Virus record (IMG/VR): IMGVR_UViG_3300029705_000104
Coordinates: 1-64,000 of that record
Direction: 5' to 3' (one strand)
From: a virus
Length of the DNA: 64,000 bases
The notes beneath the pieces are model-generated. The model was given only the letters and a program-made list of their open reading frames with translations. It ran no database searches and was not told the origin of the DNA. A program made the translations under genes and the position numbers. Positions 43,630-53,814 of this stretch are shown here, in pieces; position 1 is the first letter of the stretch; every line of letters begins with the position of its first letter.

Positions 43630-45680
43630 TAGAAACTCACCCCCTGAGCACTAGGAATGATATCACCATTCCACTCAGTAATAATCTCTTCAGTTTCCGC
43701 TTTAGTTGCAAAGACTGGAAGATCAGAAGTGGATGGAACACCGAGCATAGTTTGGATGGCAGTTTGAGATTCCTGCGGATACGTGCCAACTATAACATCC
43801 GAAACATTAGCAAGATCAATGCCAGCGGCCTTTGAGAGACCGAAGAATGCCGATTCATGCTGATAAGACGGAGTAATAGGACGGTATGCATGAGTTCCTG
43901 TTTTTATGTCCGATTCTAATGCTCTGAAAATACGAAGTTGATAACCATTCATTTCGACACCAGCCCATGAAGCAGTTTGCACTACACCTGCTTTAGATGA
44001 TGTCGCATAATCCGTATCTCTGACATAATGCCCATCAATCGGTGCAAGTTCGCAATTCGTCCCAGGAGCAATGACATCATCGATAGCAATAGCCGTGGTT
44101 ACCCTGTAGCGAGCTCCCTCAAATATAAAGGTATCACCAATAGCATAAGCTTTATTTGCTGTTCCAGTAGATTCATAGTCACCTAAGATACCACTAAGGC
44201 CGATCATGTTTTGAATGGCATGCTTAGCAGCACTAGTATACGTACCTACAGGATTCGAAGACTGAGCCATGTCTATGCCAGCAGCTTTAGAAAGGCCATA
44301 GAAGGCAGAAGCATGCTGTAGTTCAGGAACTACTGGATTATAAGCGCTTGTTCCAGCTTTTATACCATTAAGACTTGCTTTGTCTGTACAAAGATTACCT
44401 TGTGTCGTAACATAAATTCCAGCATTGCCACGAGGCTGAACCAAACCTAATACAGAAGCACTAGCTATTGGAATATCTGCTAGCGCTTTTTCAACAAATT
44501 TTTCCGTATCAACACGGTACTCAACTTCCATACCACCATTGGCATCTGACCAAATGGTGTTATTTCCAAGAAGTGTTTTAAGCTGGGAGGGAGTGAGTTG
44601 GACTTCAACAGGGATTGCAAGTTGATAGCAAATAGTCAATGGATTTTCTGCAAGATATGCTTTAAATGCTTCGATCGTTGTTAAATCTGTAACAAGGGCG
44701 AAAATAATAGGTGTTTCACTTTCATTCCCCATAAAGCACATTTTGTTTGAATAATTCCTGTCGTCGAAAGATACTGCTTTATATGAATCAGCCAAAATTG
44801 CAATATCGTTTGACTGTCTTGCATCCGGCATATTGATATATGCTCTGTAATATTCTGTTGTTCCAACCCTTACAAAATACCATACTTCATCTGACGAACC
44901 ATCAAATGTCTGTGTTTTCCATCCATCCATCAACTTCCCACTCACCGCTTCAAGCTCTCCACCATACACAGGGGACGGGAAAACAATATCAGTGTCGGTG
45001 ATCGGCCGATAAGGGATGTATGCAGATGACATCGTTCCTTCTTCAAACATAATTTCTTTGATCGAAAGAACAGTATCACTACTCCTCGGATACGTGAAAT
45101 CAATGTGTGAAATTGTTTTACCAGCATTTGTCGTAACGGTTTTTGTTTGTTCTTCGATACCTTCGATCTTAATCCATGAACTTGTTGAATTATCTGTATA
45201 ATGAATTACAATCCATGACCCACCTGTGTCCGTATTATTTTTCCCAGTTGCAGTTAATGTATATTGAGTATTAGGTTTAAACGGAGGCAATGCAAATTTA
45301 TTTCCATTTCTACCAAAAGCAACATAAAATGCTTGTCTTGTACCTGTGTAATACCCATCCACAAAAGAAATGCCATCCACAAGTAACTGCTCTTCATTAA
45401 ACAGATTTATTGTACATTGATTTACTGATAACCCATTCCACGGAATGATGCTTCTTATATTTTCCGGCGAAGGATCCCCCGTCCCCTCCTGTCTCGGAAG
45501 CAGATGTGCTTTCAGGCTCTGGATAGGCAGACCATCAGCACCATCTGAGAAAACTGCGGGATTTCCTACAGCGCTGTTAAAAATAACGGGGGCAGAGCGC
45601 TCCCGGAGATCTTTATACAAAAGATTGGCTTTTTCAAGAGTAATCAATTCGTTACCAAGACTCATACGCTCACCCCCCAC
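43629..45680 (-). CDS. tail fibre protein with two C-terminal YRPITP...ESAF modules
   Basis: N-terminal PIQSLKAHLLPRQEGTGDPSPENIRSIIPW motif; C-terminal duplicated ~100-aa module shared with the 45662-50341 protein. Confidence 0.5.
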   Translation of the reverse strand: MGGERMSLGNELITLEKANLLYKDLRERSAPVIFNSAVGNPAVFSDGADGLPIQSLKAHLLPRQEGTGDPSPENIRSIIPWNGLSVNQCTINLFNEEQLLVDGISFVDGYYTGTRQAFYVAFGRNGNKFALPPFKPNTQYTLTATGKNNTDTGGSWIVIHYTDNSTSSWIKIEGIEEQTKTVTTNAGKTISHIDFTYPRSSDTVLSIKEIMFEEGTMSSAYIPYRPITDTDIVFPSPVYGGELEAVSGKLMDGWKTQTFDGSSDEVWYFVRVGTTEYYRAYINMPDARQSNDIAILADSYKAVSFDDRNYSNKMCFMGNESETPIIFALVTDLTTIEAFKAYLAENPLTICYQLAIPVEVQLTPSQLKTLLGNNTIWSDANGGMEVEYRVDTEKFVEKALADIPIASASVLGLVQPRGNAGIYVTTQGNLCTDKASLNGIKAGTSAYNPVVPELQHASAFYGLSKAAGIDMAQSSNPVGTYTSAAKHAIQNMIGLSGILGDYESTGTANKAYAIGDTFIFEGARYRVTTAIAIDDVIAPGTNCELAPIDGHYVRDTDYATSSKAGVVQTASWAGVEMNGYQLRIFRALESDIKTGTHAYRPITPSYQHESAFFGLSKAAGIDLANVSDVIVGTYPQESQTAIQTMLGVPSTSDLPVFATKAETEEIITEWNGDIIPSAQGVSF

Positions 45681-48600
45681 GTCTTAGGATATAATGCAAT
45701 AAGTTCCATGACATCCTGTTCGGTTGCCATAGTAAGGCCAAGCATTTCCTGAATGGCCGCTTTAGCTTCGTCAGTATATGTACCTACAGGATTAAAGCTG
45801 TCTTTCATATCTGCACCAGCGGCTTTGGCTAAGCCATAAAATGCCGCGTCTTTCGCAAGATGCGAAGTTATCGGATAGAAAGTATTTGTTCCAGCTTTTA
45901 TAAAACTAGAAGTTGCCGGCTGAATTGTCAATGTACCATCATTCAGCATGACACCGTACTGAGAATTAACTTTCACTAAGCCTGGAGTGTTTACAGATGC
46001 TATATCTGCGCTCGTAATATAAATGCCATCTAGGGGACTTAATACGCAATTAATATCTGGAGCAATAATATCATTTATAGCAATGTTAGCAGTTGCTCGA
46101 TAGCGCTTACCATTATAGATAAACGTTTCACCGATTGTATAGGCTTTGCTGGCTGCTGCCGAGCTCTCGAAGTCGCCCAGGATGCCATCGAGACCAAAGA
46201 GTTTCTGGATGGCTTGCTTGGCTTCGTCCGTATAAGTTCCTACGACATTGCTGGAATCCTTCATGTCTGCGCCAGCAAGCTTAGCGAGAGCATAGAAGGC
46301 CGACTCGTGTTGCAAATTTGGAGTTATTGGTCTGTAAGAATCATTGCCTGCCTTAATAATTACAGAACTCGCAGATCTTGTACGTAATTCGTGAGTGCTT
46401 GTATTGATGTCAATGCCTGTGCTTCCACCTTGAGATACTTGCGCAACTCCGAATTGTCCGTATGCCATTTGAGGAATATTGGCTATACCATTTTGAAGAA
46501 TCGACGTACCATCAATACGTACATCATCAACAGCTGATACTCCAAGCTTTACTCCACCTGTGCCATCCGGATTGCAATTTACATATACATCACCAGCAAA
46601 ATGGCCATTACCATCCCAATCAAGAGAATAGGCATTTGATGAAACAAAATTATTTGTATTTGGATCAAATATGCCATTGCCAATAATATGAATATATTTA
46701 CCTTGTTTGTAGTGATGCTGTTTCCATTTACTAATATCAAACTCGGCATCAGAATTGGCTTCAATGCACTCAAAGTAATAAGTTCCAGTAGTACTATATG
46801 ACTCATTAGCATGATATGTAATGTCGATTTTAATTGTATCACCGACAGAATAAGAATGACCAGTTTCCCATGTATTCCAATTATCGTAGTCGGGTATAAT
46901 ATCTGCAACATTACCATAACCTGAAACGAACTGAACAAATCCATTTGCAGTAGTACTAGCCCCAGTTACAAAGGATTGATTACCGATTGCTTTAGTACCA
47001 CCGCCAAAAGCAGCAGAATCTGCACCTTCAGCTATGACACCACTACCAGAGGCAAGTGTATTAGAACCTGAGGCATTAGTGCCAGAACCTTTAGCATAAG
47101 AGCAAATACCACTAGCAGTTGATCCATATCCTTGAGCAAGAGAAGCATATCCAGATGCAGTTGCTCCACTACCAAAAGCAATCGACTCATTACCACTAGC
47201 AGTAGAACCAATACCCATGGCGATGGTGTTGGCTCCAATATTAAAAGCATAATCACCAAGAGCGATGCCTTTAGCTTTAAACTTACCAGCAATTTCTTCA
47301 TTGCCATCCCAGTCTAAAGTACGTCCATTTTTGCGATATTCATCACTATCGGATGTACCAATACCAACGATTTCAACATATTTAGTTTTTCTGCCGCTCA
47401 ACATTTCAGTATTATCGGTCCATTTTTCTGGGTCAAATTCGGTATCACTATTAGGCTCATGGCATTGATATAAATGTTCAACACCCTGAGAATCAACAAT
47501 CCGAACATCGTCATATTCTTGATACTCATGACCAGATTCCCATAAATCAATATCTGTATGATAATCATGGGAATTATAAGCACCCACAACATGTGAATGG
47601 GCACCATAAGCTGTAGTATAATAGCCCTCAGCATGAGAGTTTTCACCTGCAGCTATAGTATGATACCCCTCAGTATGAGCCTGATTACCAGATGCAGAAG
47701 TCACATTACCTTCAGCGTGTGCACTCCTACCAGATGCTTCATTACTATTACCTTCAGCATGAGAATAATATCCAGTTGCTCGATTAGAAGAACCTTCAGC
47801 ATGAGCATTATATGCCGAAGCTACAGTGTAACTACCCTCGCTATGAGAATAATTGCCAGAAGCAGTAGTATATTGGCCCTCGGCATGAGCCTGATTACCA
47901 GACGCAACTGATCCGTTACCTTCGGCATGAGAATACTCTCCTGAAGCCTGAGTAGAATAACCTTCAGCATGAGACGTAAATCCTGTAGCACGAGAAGAAT
48001 ATCCTTCAGCATGAGATGCCCAAGCACTTGCGATAGTATATGTACCTTCAGCATGAGAATAATCACCGCTGGCCTCTACATCCGAACCGAAAGCAAAAGA
48101 ACCAACTCCAGTGGTTAATCCAGTACGGCCACGACTTAAAGTAGTCAAAAGGACAGTATCAAGTTTATCGGCCTTGTCGGAAATATCAATACGAGCAGAT
48201 CCAAAGATCTCCCAAGCATTATTTTTGTAAATCCATTCTGTAAATAGATCAGGACTACTTCCATTTTGATTAGGAACAAGATAAAATTTCTTACTACTCG
48301 GATTCTGAACAATAGGAACAAAGGTATTTACATCATATTCATTTGCTGTGCAGATATGATAGAGATCATCTAAATCCAAACCAGCAATGTCTTCCATCGT
48401 GGCAACTCTAGTGCCGCCAGTGGAATCAGCATTGCAATGAACATAAAGATTACCTTTAAGACGTTCATTACCGCTCCAATCAAGAACACGAGCATTTGAA
48501 CGTGACTGACTAGATCTACCATTACCAATAATTTCGGCAAAATTCATTTCACCGACTTGATCTTCCCAATGAGTTCTATCCCATTCAGTATCTGTATTAT

Positions 48601-50341
48601 CGGCTAAGCAGATATAGCCAGTAACTGTGGTTACTTCATTCTCAGTTATCGTTCTTTTACATTTATCGCCAGTATGGTATTCATTGCCTGATACCCATTC
48701 TGGCCAATTAATATCATCATAACTATCGCCAATATTATTCTTACCGCCGACATGGCTCGTTGCACCTACAGCGATTGTTCCATTGCCCTCGGCATGCGAA
48801 GCAAACCCTGAAGCAGTTGTAGCACCGCCTTCAGCATGTGCACAATTTCCACTAGCGGTAGTTCCACCACCCTCAGCATGGGAATAAGTTCCAAGAGCTC
48901 TAGACCCACTACCTTCAGCATGAGAATTTCCGCCAATAGCCTGTGCTCCGCCACCTTCAGCATGGGCACCTTGTCCGGAGGCTATAGTCCCGTTACCTTC
49001 AGCGTGTGCACCATATCCAGATGCTGTTGACCCGCTACCTTCAGCATGAGCATAAGTACTCGAGGCATAAGTACCCCCGCCTTCAGCATGTGCACCTGTA
49101 TTTGTGGCACGAGCTCCACTGCCTTCTGCATGAGAACTATCACCGCTAGCAGTTGTACTACTGCCTTCAGCATGGGCAGCCCGTTCAGATGCTGTGGATC
49201 CAGACCCTTCTGCATGAGAACATATTCCACTAGCAGTAGTTCCACCACCTTCCGCATGCGATCCAGAACTACTAGCCGTAGTATCAGCACCTTCTGAATG
49301 AGAGGAGGTGCCACTAGCAATTGTGTGACCCCCTTCAGCATGAGAGGAAACACCAGAAGCTATTGTAGATGTGCCTTCAGAATGGGCTGCATCTTCTAAT
49401 GCCTGTGTTCCAGACCCTTCAGCATGAGTACTGTCTTGTGCAGCGATGCTTCCAGAACCTTCTGCATGTGCGCCATTATAACCAAGGGCCTGTGTATTAA
49501 AACCTTCAGCATGTGCGTAGTTTGTCATTGCTAAAGTTTGACCACCCTCTGAATGAGACCCAGTCCCTGCAGAATAGGTTTTATAACCTTCACTATGAGA
49601 GCTCTCAGCATATGCTCCAGAAGTATAAGAAGTTATTCCTGACATAAAGGATCCGCCAGTTCCTTCAGCATGAGATGTATAGCCATAAGCTAACGTACCA
49701 CAGCCTTCAACATGACTACTTGCACCTGAAGCATATGCCGTATCACCTTCGGCATGACTATTATTTCCACTAGCATAAGTATATCTACCTTCGGCATGAG
49801 AATTAATAGCCACTGCCTGAGAATAATAGCCCTCGGCATGAGCACAATCTTCTTTAGCCTGGGTCTCATATCCTTCTGCATGAGAATAATCTTCTTTAGC
49901 CCAAGTGTAATATCCTTCAGCATGGGAGGCCATACCAGAAGAACTAGTATTTTTTCCCTCCGCATGAGCAGCCGAATTTGTTGCTTGGGTATGATCACCT
50001 TCTGCATGAGTACCTTGATTAGAGGCAACTGTGTATAAACCTTCGGCATGAGCAGAATGGCCTGAAGCCTCGGAAAAAGAACCTTCGGCAAATGAACTAG
50101 TGTTTGTAGCCTGTGTATAACGTCCGAATGCGGCAGACGTGGCTCCTGAAGCTGTTGTTTGCTCGCCAAAGGCAATAGACCCACTTCCAACGGTAGTATT
50201 TGATCTGCGATCGCGACTTAATGTCGTTAGTAAGACAGTGTCACTCTTATCGGCCTTATTTTGCAGATCGGCTCGAGCAGCCGCGTCCTTAAAATTGACA
50301 ACAGTACCATCTAGTAATGTCATCCTTGAAATATCGGCCAT
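45662..50341 (-). CDS. giant fibre/adhesin-like protein built of 14-residue SHAEG repeats (Hep_Hag-like left-handed beta-roll)
   Basis: 1559 aa. Scores of tandem xxSHAEGxxTxAxG 14-mers; C-terminal region shares the YRPITP...QHESAF module with 43629-45680. Confidence 0.55.
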   Translation of the reverse strand: MADISRMTLLDGTVVNFKDAAARADLQNKADKSDTVLLTTLSRDRRSNTTVGSGSIAFGEQTTASGATSAAFGRYTQATNTSSFAEGSFSEASGHSAHAEGLYTVASNQGTHAEGDHTQATNSAAHAEGKNTSSSGMASHAEGYYTWAKEDYSHAEGYETQAKEDCAHAEGYYSQAVAINSHAEGRYTYASGNNSHAEGDTAYASGASSHVEGCGTLAYGYTSHAEGTGGSFMSGITSYTSGAYAESSHSEGYKTYSAGTGSHSEGGQTLAMTNYAHAEGFNTQALGYNGAHAEGSGSIAAQDSTHAEGSGTQALEDAAHSEGTSTIASGVSSHAEGGHTIASGTSSHSEGADTTASSSGSHAEGGGTTASGICSHAEGSGSTASERAAHAEGSSTTASGDSSHAEGSGARATNTGAHAEGGGTYASSTYAHAEGSGSTASGYGAHAEGNGTIASGQGAHAEGGGAQAIGGNSHAEGSGSRALGTYSHAEGGGTTASGNCAHAEGGATTASGFASHAEGNGTIAVGATSHVGGKNNIGDSYDDINWPEWVSGNEYHTGDKCKRTITENEVTTVTGYICLADNTDTEWDRTHWEDQVGEMNFAEIIGNGRSSQSRSNARVLDWSGNERLKGNLYVHCNADSTGGTRVATMEDIAGLDLDDLYHICTANEYDVNTFVPIVQNPSSKKFYLVPNQNGSSPDLFTEWIYKNNAWEIFGSARIDISDKADKLDTVLLTTLSRGRTGLTTGVGSFAFGSDVEASGDYSHAEGTYTIASAWASHAEGYSSRATGFTSHAEGYSTQASGEYSHAEGNGSVASGNQAHAEGQYTTASGNYSHSEGSYTVASAYNAHAEGSSNRATGYYSHAEGNSNEASGRSAHAEGNVTSASGNQAHTEGYHTIAAGENSHAEGYYTTAYGAHSHVVGAYNSHDYHTDIDLWESGHEYQEYDDVRIVDSQGVEHLYQCHEPNSDTEFDPEKWTDNTEMLSGRKTKYVEIVGIGTSDSDEYRKNGRTLDWDGNEEIAGKFKAKGIALGDYAFNIGANTIAMGIGSTASGNESIAFGSGATASGYASLAQGYGSTASGICSYAKGSGTNASGSNTLASGSGVIAEGADSAAFGGGTKAIGNQSFVTGASTTANGFVQFVSGYGNVADIIPDYDNWNTWETGHSYSVGDTIKIDITYHANESYSTTGTYYFECIEANSDAEFDISKWKQHHYKQGKYIHIIGNGIFDPNTNNFVSSNAYSLDWDGNGHFAGDVYVNCNPDGTGGVKLGVSAVDDVRIDGTSILQNGIANIPQMAYGQFGVAQVSQGGSTGIDINTSTHELRTRSASSVIIKAGNDSYRPITPNLQHESAFYALAKLAGADMKDSSNVVGTYTDEAKQAIQKLFGLDGILGDFESSAAASKAYTIGETFIYNGKRYRATANIAINDIIAPDINCVLSPLDGIYITSADIASVNTPGLVKVNSQYGVMLNDGTLTIQPATSSFIKAGTNTFYPITSHLAKDAAFYGLAKAAGADMKDSFNPVGTYTDEAKAAIQEMLGLTMATEQDVMELIALYPKTWGVSV

Positions 50342-50402
50342 AGACTTTCCTCCTTATAGAAAAATAACCGTATAACTCGGCGGCTGTTTCTCCTTCCATT
50401 TT

Positions 50403-50449
50403 GAATGAAAAGAAACCGGATCGGTGGAAAGGAGCAAACACCGACCCGG
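50403..50449 (-). terminator. intrinsic terminator downstream of the endolysin gene
   Basis: CCGGATCGGTG...CACCGACCCGG hairpin followed (on minus strand) by a T-rich run. Confidence 0.45.
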
Positions 50450-50489
50450 CCGGTCTTATTTCAAGCGCCTATAAGACGAGGCAATCTAA

Positions 50490-51278
50490 TTAACCATATA
50501 ATGTATTAAGCTTTTTCCAAGTCTGAGGTCCGACAATGCCATCAACTTTCAGACCATAACGATTTTGGAAAGCTCTAACGGCGCTTTGCGTACCAGGACC
50601 AAAAATACCATCAATGACTAATGTGGAGCCATCTTTTGATAACATGGTCTGCAATAAACGAACGTTTTCTCCTCTAGCACCGCGTCTTAATGTAGGATAT
50701 GTTTTAGCCTTAGGCTCAGGAGTAGCTGGTTTAATAGCGATGTTAGACGCAGAATAATCAACGTACTTAAGCTCTCCCCATTCAACCCATTTTGAGTTTG
50801 TGATTTTGCTCTTAATTACGCCCTTAATGGTTCCTTCTGCTTCGATAACCCAGCCATCTCCGATGTATAAACCTATGTGCCCGCGATTTTTCTTTACTTT
50901 ATTATAAGTAAACACAGCAGTTCCTGGCTTCAAAACTTGTCCATCAGTTCGCTGCTCATTAACTAATTTTCCTTGCGCTACACAATATTTGTTCCAAATA
51001 GTATTACTACCATGGTACATGTAGCTACCAAGTTGTTTAAATGCCCAGCTAAATAGTCCACTGCAGTCAGCAACTTTATGGCCAATCCATTTTTTGCCAT
51101 ATTTTCGACCCATCTCTCGATTAGCATCAGTGGTCTTTTCAAGATTGGCCTGTTTTGCTGCTGTCCACTTTTCACCAGCTTTTGCCCAAATATATCCCCA
51201 TTTTTCGTCTAAAGCCTGTTGAAATTTCTGAATAAGAGCTTCAGTTGAAATAACTTTATAGTTAGTTACAGTAGCCAT
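50490..51278 (-). CDS. endolysin: NlpC/P60 peptidase with C-terminal peptidoglycan-binding (PG_binding_1) domain
   Basis: Catalytic Cys in KVADCSGLFSWAF and His in RGHIGLYIGDGW. C-terminus PGTQSAVRAFQNRYGLKVDGIVGPQTWKKL matches PG_binding_1. Confidence 0.7.
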   Translation of the reverse strand: MATVTNYKVISTEALIQKFQQALDEKWGYIWAKAGEKWTAAKQANLEKTTDANREMGRKYGKKWIGHKVADCSGLFSWAFKQLGSYMYHGSNTIWNKYCVAQGKLVNEQRTDGQVLKPGTAVFTYNKVKKNRGHIGLYIGDGWVIEAEGTIKGVIKSKITNSKWVEWGELKYVDYSASNIAIKPATPEPKAKTYPTLRRGARGENVRLLQTMLSKDGSTLVIDGIFGPGTQSAVRAFQNRYGLKVDGIVGPQTWKKLNTLYG

Positions 51279-51282
51279 ATAT

Positions 51283-51555
51283 TCACCACCTTGGAAATTG
51301 GTTTACAATTCTGGAAATTTGGTCATTTGAAATATTTCGAGTCCTCTGAAGATATTGCAAAACTTGATTTGGATCATTCGCAATATTTTCGGGAATATCA
51401 GGAAATTGCTGTAAAACAAAATGTACCGGATCCTTTAATGCCTGTACCATATAATTCATTTTTTGAATTGGATTAGAAAAGGCTGGCATTTGCATAGATG
51501 GATATTGCTGTACAGGTTGTTGCTGATTCATGAGCATCGAATAAAGCGGATTCAT
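51283..51555 (-). CDS. Q/N-rich hypothetical protein
   Basis: 90-aa ORF. Confidence 0.3.
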   Translation of the reverse strand: MNPLYSMLMNQQQPVQQYPSMQMPAFSNPIQKMNYMVQALKDPVHFVLQQFPDIPENIANDPNQVLQYLQRTRNISNDQISRIVNQFPRW

Positions 51556-52073
51556 TTCTTATCACCACGGCTTCCATTTTGATTGTTTTGAGCCGGCTGA
51601 CTTAAATGCATATTCTGATTAGTTTGCAGCATTGAACGGATTTCATCCCGAATCGCCACTAAATCTTCTTTAGTTGCATATTGATCATTTGTATGATTCG
51701 TCGAATCTTCTGAAACTAAAGATGCTCCACTAGATTGTTGCATCGTAGGAATGTAATAAGATTGCTGTTCCGGCATTTTATATCTTATCTTTTGCATAGG
51801 ATTCGGAATTCCTATAGGTCCCCAACTTTTAAGCCAGATCACTGTATCGGTACTATCCCAAAGGGGAATAGGCCGATTAGCCGGCCATCCCGGAGGCATA
51901 TTAAATGCTTTTGCGCCTACTTCGCCCTCTACCCATTTCATAACAAGTTCAGAATCAACGATATTTGGATTCATTTGCTGAGACATAGCCATATAGTTTG
52001 CCCCAGATACTCCATTGTATGAAGCTACGGATGGAACCTGATATAAACTAGATGGCACATAATACGGAGGCAT
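51552..52073 (-). CDS. hypothetical protein
   Basis: 173-aa ORF, Q/N/S-rich. Confidence 0.3.
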   Translation of the reverse strand: MPPYYVPSSLYQVPSVASYNGVSGANYMAMSQQMNPNIVDSELVMKWVEGEVGAKAFNMPPGWPANRPIPLWDSTDTVIWLKSWGPIGIPNPMQKIRYKMPEQQSYYIPTMQQSSGASLVSEDSTNHTNDQYATKEDLVAIRDEIRSMLQTNQNMHLSQPAQNNQNGSRGDKK

Positions 52074-52100
52074 ATATCATAAATCCTTTCTACAAATATT

Positions 52101-52478
52101 TTAAGATACTATTTTCCAGAAGAAACTAGGTATTTCGTTTCCAGAATCCCAACTATCATAGTAATCGCCATCAATAATAGCGACTGCATGGTTTCCAGTC
52201 CCGATAATATAAGTGCCTTTAGGATACATTACACAGAACAAAGAAATAGTAGTACATTCAGGACAAGATTGAGGAAGAAGGAAGGGCCGAAAACCATGTT
52301 GATATAAATATTTTCCCCATACTGCATCGGCATTTGGTACATTAGCTTCACGACGACCCAATTCACAAAGATCATCATAAATATCTATCCAACGCCGATT
52401 AAGAGCTATACAAATTGCTCGTATTACACAATCTGCTACCTCTTTATGTTTAGGATTTGGATTACATCTTATCCACAT
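52101..52478 (-). CDS. putative papain-like (CHAP/C39-like) cysteine peptidase
   Basis: Cys in EVADCVIRAICIAL and His/Asp in GTGNHAVAIIDGDYYDSWD, arranged as in Cys-His peptidases; sits in the lysis cluster. Confidence 0.35.
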   Translation of the reverse strand: MWIRCNPNPKHKEVADCVIRAICIALNRRWIDIYDDLCELGRREANVPNADAVWGKYLYQHGFRPFLLPQSCPECTTISLFCVMYPKGTYIIGTGNHAVAIIDGDYYDSWDSGNEIPSFFWKIVS

Positions 52479-53134
52479 TAAACTTCAACATCGCTTTCCT
52501 TTAAAAATGATCCTTCCTCCAAACACTTATGATATACTTTCATAATAAAATCGAAGTCCTCTTTGTAAACATCATTCTTCAAACGATACTTCTTTACCAT
52601 TTTCTCGTATTCTTCATTTTCTTTAATGATGTTATCAAAGTCTTTCTTGGTATGTCTGTGTTTATTAAGACAACTATTTGCAAAGTCTAATACATGTGCT
52701 TTAATTTGTCGAACTGTCTGCATGTCATTAGACTTCTCCATTTTATCTAATCGATCTTTCAGTAACTTATTTCCTTTAGTTGTAGCTATAGCGATATTGG
52801 AAACATTATCGTTGACGGAGGCTACAATTTGGTTTGTTGAGTCTTCAAATCGATCAATATCAATACGTATAGCTTCGATTTTATTATCTGTTTCTTTCTT
52901 AATTTCCTCAAATTTTTTTTCAGTCTCTATTTTAAGATCAGAAATATCTTTTCGCACATCCTTAGTTAAGGCTTTTCCAATGAGACTAAGAACCCATCCC
53001 AGTGGGTCAATCTCTTTTTTGGTAAGCTTAAAAAAGCATGACAATAAAAACAGAATAATAAGAAGTGACCAGCCGATGGTTCCGAGATTATCAATGATCC
53101 ATCGGCCGATCGTTTTAGATGTTTCAGTAATCAC
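52478..53134 (-). CDS. membrane-anchored coiled-coil protein
   Basis: N-terminal TM helix WSLLIILFLLSCFF; 218 aa. Confidence 0.3.
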   Translation of the reverse strand: MITETSKTIGRWIIDNLGTIGWSLLIILFLLSCFFKLTKKEIDPLGWVLSLIGKALTKDVRKDISDLKIETEKKFEEIKKETDNKIEAIRIDIDRFEDSTNQIVASVNDNVSNIAIATTKGNKLLKDRLDKMEKSNDMQTVRQIKAHVLDFANSCLNKHRHTKKDFDNIIKENEEYEKMVKKYRLKNDVYKEDFDFIMKVYHKCLEEGSFLKESDVEV

Positions 53135-53169
53135 TTGAGGGACACCGCCTTTCTACAGAAAATGCAAAT

Positions 53170-53457
53170 TTATGCGTCTTCCTCTTGCGGATCGATAGGC
53201 TTATTGTCATCCCAAGGCTCATCATAGCCCATAGCACGTTCACTGTCATTCAAACCAGCTGTAGTTGGGTCAACAATTACACCAATTAAACCAAGGAACG
53301 TAAGAACCTGGTTAAGCAGTTGCACAACCAAGTTTTGTGTTACAGCCGGGAAAATATCAAACATAGCTAAGATACTATAAATGAAACCAATAACCAGACT
53401 GCAAAAACTACCAAGCCAAACCTTATTCTTAAACCTTACTTTCCAATTGACCTGCAT
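53170..53457 (-). CDS. holin, phiLC3 family
   Basis: MQVNWKVRFKNKVWLGSF...LIGVIVDPTTAGLNDSERAMGYDEP matches phiLC3-type holins (..DPTTKGxSDSxxAxxY). Start at the internal Met with an AGGAGGA RBS; the longer track ORF is an over-extension. Confidence 0.65.
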   Translation of the reverse strand: MQVNWKVRFKNKVWLGSFCSLVIGFIYSILAMFDIFPAVTQNLVVQLLNQVLTFLGLIGVIVDPTTAGLNDSERAMGYDEPWDDNKPIDPQEEDA

Positions 53458-53461
53458 AAAA

Positions 53462-53800
53462 TTATTCCTCCTCTGTATTCGCCTCAGGCGAAATTGTTTT
53501 TTCTTCAATGACGATATCCGTACCCTCAAGCCGAACATCAATTGTGAACTCATGTTTTTCAATGGCTATTAAAGAAGTAAGTCCCTTATAAATAATTTGT
53601 TTCCTATAAGAATCAATGCCAAATTCAAATGTTAGTGTTTTAAAGGAATTAGGATCGGAGAATAATGCAAATGCCTCATTAAAAGAGAAGCCTTTTAAAT
53701 AACACCACAATGTTCTATTATAATATCCGCATTCGCAATTATCCAGAACCGTTCCATCATCCAAAATAAGCTTATTAATTGTCTTTTCAGACATCTCCAT
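53462..53800 (-). CDS. hypothetical protein
   Basis: 112-aa ORF. Confidence 0.3.
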   Translation of the reverse strand: MEMSEKTINKLILDDGTVLDNCECGYYNRTLWCYLKGFSFNEAFALFSDPNSFKTLTFEFGIDSYRKQIIYKGLTSLIAIEKHEFTIDVRLEGTDIVIEEKTISPEANTEEE

Positions 53801-53814
53801 TATCCTCCTTATTA

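Noticed and set aside
46579-49353. Multiple L/M/V-rich minus-strand ORFs inside the SHAEG-repeat gene (46579-46944, 47032-47307, 48766-48969, 48982-49353 and others)
   Set aside because: Off-frame translations of the periodic repeat DNA; their periodic composition mirrors the real frame.
40047-50341. Diversity-generating retroelement targeting the fibre C-termini
   Set aside because: No reverse transcriptase (no YxDD ORF) in the window, and the repeated fibre modules differ at the protein level throughout rather than by adenine-specific template/variable repeat substitutions.
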